Assembly (NCBI GenBank): GCA_002189035.1
Contig: NEEC01000024.1
Span: forward strand, 744,001-808,000
Direction: 5' to 3'
DNA from: Utricularia gibba
Taxonomy: Eukaryota > Plantae > Magnoliophyta
DNA length: 64,000 nucleotides
The stretch's first letter is position 1. Each line of letters opens with the position of its first letter. Under the pieces are notes generated by a model, which ran no database searches, was not told the origin of the DNA, and saw nothing but the letters and a program-made list of their open reading frames with translations. Positions 36,232 to 47,908 of this stretch are shown piece by piece. A program made the translations under genes and the position numbers.

Positions 36232-37422
36232 TGTTAAATGTCGCGGTCTAGCACATTCAACACATCAAAAGAAATTTATAAGCCTAGCTATTCTACTACA
36301 AAAATCACGGGAATTAATGTAGTGTGGCAAGCAAGGGTCGAATCCACATGGAATGATTGTAATTTCCTAAAGTTTAACACATTTATTGGAAACAGGGGGT
36401 TTTATGGGGTTTAGTTCTAACGCGGGTAAGATCTAAAATAACAGTGACTGAAATAAACGAGTTGCAGGGGTGAAAAGAGACTGAAATTAACGTGAAGGTG
36501 CAGAAAAATAAAATAAAAATAATTTGGCTGTGTTTTGGTTTGGCTCTTGTGTCACTCAAGAGAGCCCTTAGGCTGAAACCCAGCTTAGAACGCTTAAAAA
36601 CAGAGTAATAGTTTGCAGAAACAGAGCATGGTTCGCAGGAACAGTAAAAGCACGTTAAACTTAAAGGCAAGCATTAAAGGCTTAGTCAAGAACATGATTA
36701 AACGCAGAAATAAGGTCTACAAAGGATTTATCGTTCACGACAAGGTGCAAGAACATAACAGAAAGCATGTAAACGCTGAAGGAAACAACAGCTAGTTGTT
36801 AACGAAATAGAAGTGCAGAAAATAGAAAATGAAGTGTCTAGCGGTTGCTCTCGGTCGTAGATCTGCTGGAAATCAAGTTTTTGGGCGGAAAGACGGTGTA
36901 AACATGTAGATCTGGAGGTCGCCGGAGTCGTTCGCCGGAGAAACGGAGTTCTCCTTGCTCCCGCTCGCTCCTGTTCGCTGTCTGTGCACTCTGCGTGCAC
37001 AGTGTACGCTCCTCTTCTCTCCCTTCCTTTATCCCTTTTGGTGCTCAAAAGTAAGGGTAGCTTGGTCTTTTTCCTCTGGCTTCTAGAAGGGAGATCTCTG
37101 CTCCATATCTTATCTCTTCAGAAGGGTGGCTACTTTCGGCAGAAAGTGGCTTTTGCACAGCTTTTCTGTCCCTTCTGACTTGTCAACGCAGAAAGTACGC
37201 TGCTACAGTACTAACTCTCACCCTGGTAAGACTTAAAACACAGACTAGACGAAATATTACAGCTTTCGGCTCAATTGTTGCCAATTGAACCTATTTTCAC
37301 AATAAACATATTTCAACAGTCCAAATACGCAAAAGAAGACATTTTAGCACCCTAAACAACATTTAACCCTACAAAACATACTTAAAAACATATATAAAAA
37401 TACCATAAAAACGGTGTTATCA
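36232..37422 (-). mobile_element. Athila-type LTR (solo or 3' LTR of the adjacent pol remnant)
   Basis: On minus it starts TGATAACACCG; it contains the gggtcgaatccac motif seen near the 3' ends of other LTRs here; no TSD found; left end approximate. Confidence 0.6.
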
Positions 37423-37479
37423 AAGAGTAAATGATGTTCAATCTTAATCTTTCCCTTTTTGTAAAGAGTGGATTTTTGC

Positions 37480-40246
37480 TTAGTGGCATAATGAATTGTT
37501 GGTAATATGACCCTCTGAACTTGAAGTATTTGACAAATAAATATGTTGGTTTTCAATGAAATAATACTTCGCATGAGAAAGATGACTCTCAAGGAATTAA
37601 TATCCTTGCAATTGAAACTTTGTAATATGATGTCACACTCATGAAAATAATAAGAAAATGGGAGTGATGAACCACACTAAATACAAAAAGTGAAACTTGA
37701 TAAGTGAAAAATGCTTCAAAAACTCAAAGTTGGAGCATTGATATAAAAATACATTACACTCAAAATTGTTCATCATTTAATGTGAGCATCTTCTTATATA
37801 GCTAGAGAATGGGTATATTCAAAGGAAAAGTCCTAATATTGTTCATAAATTAGAAAAAAGAAGTAGGTGCATATGCACCCAACTTTATCTCATGAAGTTA
37901 ATACGCCATGCATTAAAAGTTTCACACATCACAATTGGTTGAAATAGTATTTGATCCTTACAACCTATTCCTCCAGCTCTTTGGCAATTAGGGCAAGCAT
38001 TACAATGAAGGTATGCATCTCGAAAGAGTGTGTACTAATAAGATCTGTCAAATAAGACGAGGTTTAGAATCCTTTTTGCTGAGAAGATACCTTATTGTCA
38101 CATAGTCGAGTAAATAATTACTTTTGCTCCAAGCAAATAGGGTCTGAATTTTTCGAATGCAAAAATAATGGTTAAAAGTTCCTTTTGTCATGATGTAATT
38201 CTTTTGCGTATTACACCAAAAGATAAATCATGATGTAATAATGGTTAAAAGTGGTGTAATTACTTTCACCACTTCTTGTCCTTGGACTACACCAAAAGAT
38301 AAATCACTAGTATTACACATTAACTCAAATGGAAAATTCCAATTAGATCAAAAGCATTCCTACAATCCTCATAAAAAATGAACTCAACATCCTAATGTAA
38401 CAAGACACATAAGAGAGATGCAATTTTTGAAAAATCTTGAATGAACCTTCTATAAAATACCATATGTCCAAGAAAGGAATGAATATTTGATAAATGAAAA
38501 TTTCTTAAAATCGTTGCAAGAAATGAAATCTTCATATCAAATAAATTTATAAGCCCTAATACTTACAAGATACAAATTAAACCCAAAATGTAAAGTAGAA
38601 TTCGGGGTCGATCACAAGAAGCTAGTGCTTGCAAAGTGTTTTAGCAGATGTAGAATTTAGAATAAATGTTGTTCTTAGTCTAAACTCAAACTACCAGTAG
38701 AACACAAGTTCAATAAACAAGATTAAGTCTCAATAGTGAAAATAACATATACTAGTTCTAGTACAAAGTAACACTATCAAGGGTATGCAGGTGATATGGT
38801 GCTAATGTTACAAATTTAATTTACAATGTTTCTATACTCACAACTCTAAACAACCCAAGTCTACCAAAGTCATTTATCATGTTTTCGTCTATGATAGTCC
38901 CCAATTTCACAATTAGGTCTATCCGCATACAAAATATGTAGAACTAGGTCTATCCGACTCTATTGGTTCTACCCAGGACTAACACATATTATCCTCACCT
39001 TGATTTGCTGGTCTACCTCTAAATCAAATATTTGAGTTGCAAAACTATTCATTTCCCCCCTTAGGTCTACCCAGAGAATGATAATAACAAATGCTAAAAA
39101 ACAATGATCAATCATATTATAAACCCTGGTCCCACATCACCATTCTACACTTTAAGACATCCTTAACATCTAGCCACTCATATTTGATAAGTAAAACAAG
39201 ATTTCTTAGTCATAAACTGAATAGAATATTCCAAACATTGTCAAACAAACAGCCAAGGAAAGCAAAATGTTCAACAAACTAAGCAAATAAAGTGTTCTGT
39301 TTCCATCTGCTACTGTTCATATCCAAGAACAGTAGCGCTGAATTGAATTTCGGTGCTTGTTCTTCATATTGAGATTTTTCTTCTGGAAAATCGTCCTCTT
39401 CTTCCTTCTTTCGTGTTCTTCCTCCACCTCCTGAGGCCTGGTCATGTTTTCCTCCTTCTCTCCCTCCAAAAATATCTTCATTTCTTTTCTTTTTATTTTC
39501 CAAGATCAGTACACTATTGCTGACATCTATATTGTTCCTGGCCTGAACCTGCAGACTGCAAGTGGCAGAATAGTGCATTATGTCTCTTCTTTTAATGCTG
39601 CTCATTCTTCTAAACCTCTACATGCATGAAATTTCTATCTCCTCCTTGATTTTAGAACTTTGCTGCTCGACTAGAAAAAAAGGTTAATAACATGAAATGG
39701 GTTAAATCAAAGAACTTAGCCCATTAACATATAAAATCACATTATGTCTTAAATTTTGGTAAAATACTAAAAACTATAAGATAAACACTTAAAACATGAT
39801 TCAAAAACATAATTTTCTTATTCTAATAATAGGAAAATTTGTGTATTATCAATATCTTTAATACAAGTAGAGTAAGGTAATTTTTGGATTACATCAAGTT
39901 TCGCCTTATCCACTTCGATTCCCTTCCCGTAAACTACATGTCCCTTGATAATGTCTTTGTCAACCATAAAATAACACTTCCCATAATTGAACACAAGGTT
40001 GATCTCAATACATCTTTTCAAAATCAAAGATAAATTCCTTAAGCGATCATCAATCACATATTCTGAAAAAAAAATACTAATTGTGCATTTTTGGAAAGTG
40101 GTCGATGCATTGCATAGCCAAAAAATCATTTTATGATAAGAATAATGGCTATTTTCTATAAGTCTTTGAAACATTTTATCTATAAAAGGAAGGGGATAGT
40201 GGTCTTTCTTCATAGGTGCATTCAGGTTTTGATAGTCTACATGCAT
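37480..40246 (-). pseudogene. Degraded Athila pol (RT-RNase H-integrase) split by a solo LTR
   Basis: KKDHYPLPFIDKM, KCYFMVDKDII.GHVV..KGIEVDKAK and STCIKDI|HSFLGHMVFYRRFIQDFSKIA, continuous across the insertion at 38488-39851. Confidence 0.8.
38488..39851 (-). mobile_element. Solo LTR, Athila-type family D
   Basis: TGATA/TATCA termini; flanks atatt/atatc (4/5); the RT reading frame rejoins across it. Confidence 0.85.
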
Positions 40247-41689
40247 TCTTGTTAAGTGCCATTTTCTAATTATTTATTAGGTATTATTAGGTGTTAATCT
40301 AGTATTAAATTGCACAAATTAGTAGTCTTATTATTAAATATTATATTTCCTTAGAAAAATCCTATTTTCCTATTTTGTATATATATTTTCTATCTTTTTT
40401 CGTATTCCTTGACCGAGATATGTCAGGAGACTGTTGTGGAGTGTTGCAGGAGTATTGCAGGTGGTCAAAGTCTGACTTTTCGTGCCTTGTATGCGACTTA
40501 GAACAATTGTGGATGGAAGACTGACACTGGTCAAGGCCCCTGATTTACGGCATGTCAAAGTCTGCAAAAATGATTGGGTGCTAACTTGCACGTAAAGGAC
40601 AGCTACTGGCGCACGAAAGACATAAGAAATGATGGGAAGAGGACCCAAAGGATTTAATACACGTGGGGAGTGATATAAAAGCAACATGGAACCCTTAGTT
40701 TCGCACTTTTGAACTTGGACTTTCGCCAAGTCCTTTCTAGACTTAGAACTTTTGAGTTCTTCCTCCCTTCCAAGGAAGAAGAACACTTCGTTTCCAATTT
40801 CATTTCTATTTTTATGGCCCTTTGTGGCTAAAATTCTTCAGTTTCTGGGAGAAGATGAAATTTCCTTCCAGGTTCTAAGCAATACACTCAGTAGTTCGCT
40901 GATATCATTTTGGATTCTTCATATTTCCACGCGTCTTGTTGTAGTCTTTGTGTAACGACTCCTAATCAAGGTCCATGAGTAGCAGGCCACTCCTCGTGGA
41001 TTTTGGTGAAGATCAAGGTGAAGATCACCAACTCTAACCCTACCGGTTCGAGGAATGTAGCGGATTGTTTGTGGCCAAGGAACCTTGACAGTGGACAGGT
41101 TATGACCTCAGACCTGCCACTGGCTATTGGCAACAGCTGGGCACACGCGCGCAATTCAGTTTTGAAGGCAATCGAAGGCAATCCTCTTGTCTTCCTAATC
41201 GTCCAAGGGGAATCACATGAGGCTATTCCCGTGCCTCGTCCATCAGAGTGTAAGGGAGAGTAGGCTATTCCTTGCTCCTATAACCTGCTATTCGCAAGAA
41301 ATCAATGAAAACCGAGACAAGGATGGACAAAGGAAGGAGACGGAATCTCATTCCCAGGAACTGCGTCCCGTAGTTAAGGCCCTTCACTTAGGTTATAACT
41401 TTTATTTCTACTCACAAACCCCCTTTTATAAAACAGTGACATTTTGTAGAAGTTTCTTACAAAAAACTTATCACGAAAAGAAAACTCCCCGAGATCGATA
41501 CTCGTACTACGCTTTTTGGTGTTTTACGTTTATAATTTAAAATTTGTGGAGGAAACGACATGCAACATTGCCAGGGAGTTTTTCTTTTTCTTTACTTTTT
41601 CATTATTTCTTCTTTTTTTTCTTTTATTTCCATTTTGCTGCTGTTTTTCTCTGTTTTTATGCATTTAGCTCCACTGAAGGGTCACCGAA

Positions 41690-44587
41690 GCTTAAGATCA
41701 TACCGAGACATCTTGTGCCCTTTAGATCTGGAGATTGAGCGCACATTTCTGGTGAAAAAGAGGGAACAAACTTCAAATCTATCTCCTGACAATGAAATGG
41801 ATGCTCAACCAACTACTAGAGTGCCCACAATGCATGGAGAACAGGAGCAACAACATCCGCAATTTTTTCTAGTTCTGCTAATCACTAATCATGGCCTAGC
41901 ACTAAGGACCATAATAGAAGAAATCACCGCCCGCTATGCTGATTGACCACTTTGCATCATCTTTGACATGGAAGAGGACTTTGAGCTTCGCCCATATCTG
42001 TTCATTGGGAGAGAAAATGACGACCCAAATTGTAATCTTAGAGAGTTGCACACGGCTTGTGCATCCATGTGACCAAAAGGTGCAACGGATAACCAAGTTA
42101 AGCTGCGGGTCTTCCCTTTCAGTCTCAATGAGCGAGCCTTGGAGTGGTTGTATGGACTACCACCATCCTCTATTGCTACCTGAGAGCAAATGGTTCAAAA
42201 ATTTCTTGATCGATATGCGCCACTAGGAAGAGCCTCCACCAGAAGAAGAGCTCTAACTACCATGCTACAAAGTGAAGGAGAGAATTTACAAGAATATTAT
42301 GACAGATTCAACCTGATCTATAATACTTATCCACTACTGAAGGCCCACGAGGTTGTCCTGAAGAAAACAGGTATCACAGTCATGGCCAATGACCAAGGGG
42401 AACTCCTACCCACCATAGTGCAAAATGGCTGGCGAATGTGCGTAGATTACCAAAAACTAAGCGCAGCCACAAAGAAGGACCACTATCCATTTCCATTCAT
42501 CGACCAAATGTTGGAGAGACTTTCTGGAAGGAGTCACTACTGCTGCTTGGATGGATACTCCAATTTCCATCAAATACCTGTGTCCCTTGAAGATCAATCT
42601 AAGGTTGTTTTCGTTTGCCCTTTTGGAACCTTTGCTTACCATAAAATGCCTTTTGGACTTTGCAATGCACCAGCAACATTTCAGAGATGTAGAGATGCAT
42701 GGTTAGCATTTTTTTTTGAATATGTTGAAAATATTATGGAGTTTTTTATGGATGACTTTACGGTTTATGGAAATAGCTTTGATGAATGCCTTGCTAATTT
42801 TTCATTGATGTTAAAGCATTGTGTTGAGACTATCCTTGTTTTGAATTATGAGAAATGTCATTTCATGGTTGAACAAGGTATCATTTTAGGACATGTTGTT
42901 TCTCAAAAGGGAATTGAGGTTGACAAGGCCAAGATTGAGGTACTCCAAAAATTACCTTATCCCACTTGTATGAGAGATGTACGTTCTTTCCTTGGACATG
43001 CTGGATTTTATCGTAGATTTATTCAAGATTTTTCGAAGATTGCATCTCCTTTGTGTGCCTTATTGCATAAAGATGTTGAGTTTCACTTTGATGAAAAATG
43101 CATGCTTGCTTTTGATGTTTTGAAGGAAAAACTTGTTTCAGCTCCTATTATTCAGGCTCCAAATTGGAGTCCACCATTTGAACTAATGTGTGATGCAAGT
43201 GATGTAGCTCTAGGTGCAGTTTTGGGACAAAAGGTGGAGAAACAATTCCATGTTATCCATTATGCGTCCAAGTGCCTTGATGATGCCTAAAAGAGCTACA
43301 CCACTATAGAAAAGGACCTGTTGGCTATTATGTTTGCCTTGGAGAAATTTCGATCTTATTTGCTAGGAGCCAAATGAAATTCAGGATGTCACTCCTCAAT
43401 TTCTCCTTAGCAAGTATTAGGATGTTTTGGGGGATGCATCTGGAAAATTGGTGCTGATCAAATTATTAGGAGATGCATCCCCCAAGATGAAGTGCACTCT
43501 ATTCTCTCACATTATCATGAGCTACCTTGTGGTGGACACTTTGGTGCAAAAGTTACTGCAAAAAAGGTTCTGAAGGCTGGATTTTATCGGCCTACCATAT
43601 TTAAGGATGCTTATCTTCATTGTAAGGTGAGGAAATTTAGGATATAAGGATCAAATGCCCTTTCAACCCATTATCATGTGTAAGATTTTCGACGCATGGG
43701 GCATTGACTTTATGGGACCATTTCCCCCTTCTCAAGGGAAGCTCTACATCCTTCTTGCTGTAGATTATGTTTTTAAATGGGTGGAAGCCATTGCTTGTGA
43801 AAGGGATGATGCAAAAACCGTGGGTCATTTCTTGACTAACATCTTATTTCCTAGGTTTGGACATCCCAAGATTAATATTTCAGATCTTGGCACCCATTTT
43901 GTGAATCATGCCATCAAGAGTGCCCTTGCTAAGTATGGAGTCAACAACAGCCTGTCCACAGCTGGACATCCTCAAACAAATGGTATGGCGGAAGTATTAA
44001 ATAGGGAGGTAAAAAGGATTTTGGAGCACACCGTTAACCCAAATGGGTGATATTAGAGCTTAAGGCTCACTGATGCACTTTGGGCATACCGTAATGCTTA
44101 CAAGAATCCTATAAGAATGTCTCCATACTGAATGATCTATGGTAAGGCATGTCATCTTCCTTTTGAATTACATCACAAGGCATACTGGGCCGTCAAGTCA
44201 TGCAACCTGACTAGTGACCAAGTTGGGGAGAGCAGACTTTTAGACCTAAATGAGCTGGAGGAAATTCGCCTCAACGCCTACACTAACCAGCTCTTGCACA
44301 AGGAAAAGGTAAAACGCTTTCATGACAGTAAGTTACATGGGAAGCAATTTTTAATAGGTCAAAAAGTTCTCTTGTTTGATACTACCTTGAAACTCTTTCC
44401 TGGTAAATTGCGTTCTAAGTGGCTTGGACCTTATGAAGTTGTGAATGTTTTTCCCTCTGGTGCTGTTATTATTCGTTCATTTGAGATAAGGAAAAGCATT
44501 AAGGTGAATGAGCATCGACTGAAGCCATTTTATGAGAACTTTCAGCTGCCCAGTGTGTGCAGCTTACTGCTAGTTGAGGCTCATTAA
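41690..44587 (+). pseudogene. Athila gag-pol remnant (gag, RT, RNase H, integrase)
   Basis: LRVFPFSLNERALEW (gag); GWRMCVDYQKL, FGLCNAPATFQRC and FFMDDFTVYG (RT); ELMCDASD (RNase H); [13 protein letters not shown] and [10 protein letters not shown] (integrase). Stops, frameshifts and deletions. Confidence 0.92.
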
Positions 44588-44874
44588 CATGTGTTACAGT
44601 CGGCTAAAGACTATAAATCGGTGCTGCATGGGAGGCAACCCATGACTTTAATTTCGCAACTGCCACTCTTTCCTCGTTTTTATCACCCACTACTCCAAGT
44701 TACTTTAATTTCAACTACCCCACACATCCACTTACTCTCTTAACCGTTTATACACTCAATCTCCCTTTTATCTTTTGAAATTCCCATTTTACCGACTGTT
44801 ACCCCACTTGCTGTTGTGACCTACGTTTCAATTCTCCCTCTATCGCTTGAAATTCTCTGATTTTTCGACCTACC

Positions 44875-47800
44875 ATGACTGGCCATCCCACATCTCCGGT
44901 TACCCAAAGCGCAAGTGTTGCAAAGGCAACGACTCAGAAGCCCCAACCTGCTGGATCATTCTAAAGGACCCAGCGTCGACGCACTGGTAACCCAGCAGAA
45001 GCTTCTGTTCCCCGTGAGCATGAGCCATCTCCAGGCGCTGTGACGGAGTCTACTCCGATTGAGGCCAAGCCTCTCACTATGGTGTCTCTAGTGTTGTACT
45101 TGCAGTGGTATCTAGTCCCTGTTGTGGTTGTTGTTGCTGTTGACACACCTGAATCTTCAGTGCCAAACTCCCATGCAGCAATTTCTGCTCATGAGAGCCC
45201 ACAGCCCACACAACTAGAGGAAATCACTAGAGAAGAAGGTAAGGAACAGAAAATTCCTATTTTAAACTCATTCCCTTCTCCATTACAGACGAAGATGCCA
45301 CTGAGGAGATCGCCATCGATGAAGAAGTGGATCTCTGCATTTCTGAAATTGAGCGTTCTGCTATGGAAGGGCCTTGCCTAGACTTCCTTCCCGGAGAACA
45401 GGATGTTGATGAAGCATCCCAGCCCACACAAAGAGGTAAAGGGCAGCGCGGTCGCATGAAATTCTGGCGAGACCGAGCACTGGAGTCCCTTGCTTGGACC
45501 CAACTAAAAAACACTGTGAGATTTTCGGATAAGAATGCCCAACTTTTGTTCTAGAGACAATCAACTCATTGGCAAATCTTATCTTTTGATATTTACTTTG
45601 AATTGTGATCAAATTTATATCATTGATAAAATCCTCTACTTGATCTATGTGCTATAGAAATTATAATGAGATCATAATGTGAGATTCTTCAAGCATTTAA
45701 GTTCAAGTTAAAAACTCTTTAGCTAGAGTATTTGTGAAATGAGGATATCACAAATACGGATAAACTGACACACATTGAGTTCCCTAAACTGTTTAGGCAA
45801 TGGTTCTCACAATTGATGTAATGAGATTACTAGAACCTATGTGTGGGTGTCGATTAGAGAATCGATTCACTGGATGACTCATCTTCGAGATGCTACTATC
45901 GAAAGCTAATCAAATGTTAGTAGCAAGATCTCGAATATGACTGTCGTGCAAGTAAGCTTAGACTTGAAGTCAACAAAGTTATTTTGATTTTAAGCTCACA
46001 TTTTCGCTCATTACTAATGGGAGCCTAACCATGGCTTGCCTAGTATGGATGAGAAGGGATGTGACTCCTTAAGGTTGGAGATAGTTGATTGATCAATAAA
46101 AGATTCATCACTCATGTTAGCTATGAGATCATATCTCAAGTAATTGTATCAAAGCCTAACAATAAGTCTTGGGCCTAGGGTAATGACACTTGAAGTGTTT
46201 GATTAGGTCATTGAATGTTAGAGCTTGAATGCAATTATAAGTTCGATACATCAGAAAGACACACACCCAGGTTCTGGTATCGAATGAGATATAAGTATGA
46301 TGAAAGATGTTCATTGCATGGTGACTGATCGTGGAAAGACTCAATTAGTTCACTTGATTATTTTTACATCTTGAGGATAATGATATGTTGCTAGATGTCA
46401 CTCATGATCGATAATGATGGATTTGATTAATTAAAAGTTAATTCATAAATCTATTATTAAGGCCTTAATTGAAGAAGCCTATAGGGTCACACACAATAGT
46501 GGAGTCACTCGTCGATATAAAATAGAATGACACAATTACATGAAATGTAATTGGTAAAGGGGATAAATTAAATAAAGAGTTATTTTGAGATTAATATTGA
46601 TTAAACCCAAAATAAAAGATCTGATATAGATAAGATTTGGAACATATATGTATCTTTACAAGATAAGATCTTTATGGAGATTTGATTTGATATGTTACAA
46701 AATATCTATCAAAAGATTTGATCTGCAGATCTACACACATCTTTGTTCTCTTTGAGATGGATCTGCACCTGTGGAGATTGACTAGCATTCTACTACCTTG
46801 AGAAGGTTATCGACGAAGTGCTTTATGTGTAGATACCACAGAGGCCGTCTACTATTGGTGGTTTGTGAACAACGGAGTGCTCTGAAAGGTATTCTCAGAA
46901 TCTCTTTATCTAATGAATATCGTATTCCAAGATCTACGGTCGGGGTTTTTTAAAAAAATTTAAATTCCACTACACTGAGGACATACAATGTCTACGAGAA
47001 ACCCAATAAAATCTACTCACTGATATTAACCGCTTATTTGATGCTTCCCCTTAGTAGCATAGATTTTCTGAAATTCGTTTGTCGATTTATCCCAAACTTT
47101 TTTTTGAGTTTTATACAACTTTTGTGTTTGAGGATGTTGCTGGAAATCCCTTGCTGAGGAATTGATTTCTTTTCGCCTTGGTAGTAAACATTTTTGCATG
47201 TCTATAAGTGCTTTTAATGTGGCCTTAGGTTTCGTTTCTAAATCTGATTTAGCCACTACACATTACCTCCAACCATTCTGTGATTATCCTGAGCATTTTA
47301 ATGTGTTAAATGTCTATGCATCCATGTCTGTTTGTGAGCCCCCATACTCTGTATGCAAACTCAAGGCCCATTACTTGAGGGCCCCTACTCTTTTAGTGTT
47401 GAACAGGCATTTGGTAGGCTATTATAGCGCCACTCGGCAAGGTGCCAGCATCATTGCCAAGGTCATTGTATTCTTCCTGTGGGCGATGATGAAGAAGCTC
47501 CCCATAAATTTGGGATGATGAATTGTAGCTCAAATGCATTCCATCACCACCAAAAATGAGAGGGTGCTCCCCTTTGCTTCTCTCATCACACAGCTCGCCC
47601 AGGTAGACAACCATTTCCGTTATCTCGATTTGGATGACATGTTCTCTTACAGCTACCTGAAGGAGGTTGAAGGGAAGGCCGTTTTTGTGCAAGCGGGTAC
47701 CAAGAGTACCATCATTTCCATGCTTCCCTCAATTGTAAATCCCTATGGTGCACCAACAAACATTCCATTGAGCACTGCACCATCAAGCCCCACCAAGCAT

Positions 47801-47908
47801 ACCCTTCTGCTGACCATTCAGAGTCTCCAAGAACAAGTTTCTGCTCTTTCCACGAAATTGGACACTCTTATGGCTACTTCTTCACACTCTGGAATGCCCC
47901 ATGACTAA
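44875..47908 (+). pseudogene. Athila post-pol ('env-like'/ORF2) gene, split by an LTR insertion
   Basis: Pro/Ser-rich N-terminal part (44875-45545) and a C-terminal part with FRLGSKHFCMSISAFNVALG, FFLWAMMKKLPINLG and VLPFASLITQLA. Its position between integrase and the PPT is typical of Athila. Confidence 0.65.
45547..47008 (+). mobile_element. Copia family-F LTR nested in Athila ORF2 (5' end eroded)
   Basis: Reverse-complement homologue of 32219-33741 over nearly its whole length; ends gtctacgagaaacccaata; no TSD seen. Confidence 0.85.

Noticed and set aside
40975-41010. ccactcctcgtgg in the family-E LTR resembles the L3 loop (UCCUCG) of HDV-like ribozymes, raising the idea of a retrozyme
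   Set aside because: The required P3 register, P1 partner and J4/2 catalytic C could not be built, the motif is absent from two of four copies, and I found no hammerhead CUGANGA/GAAA core.
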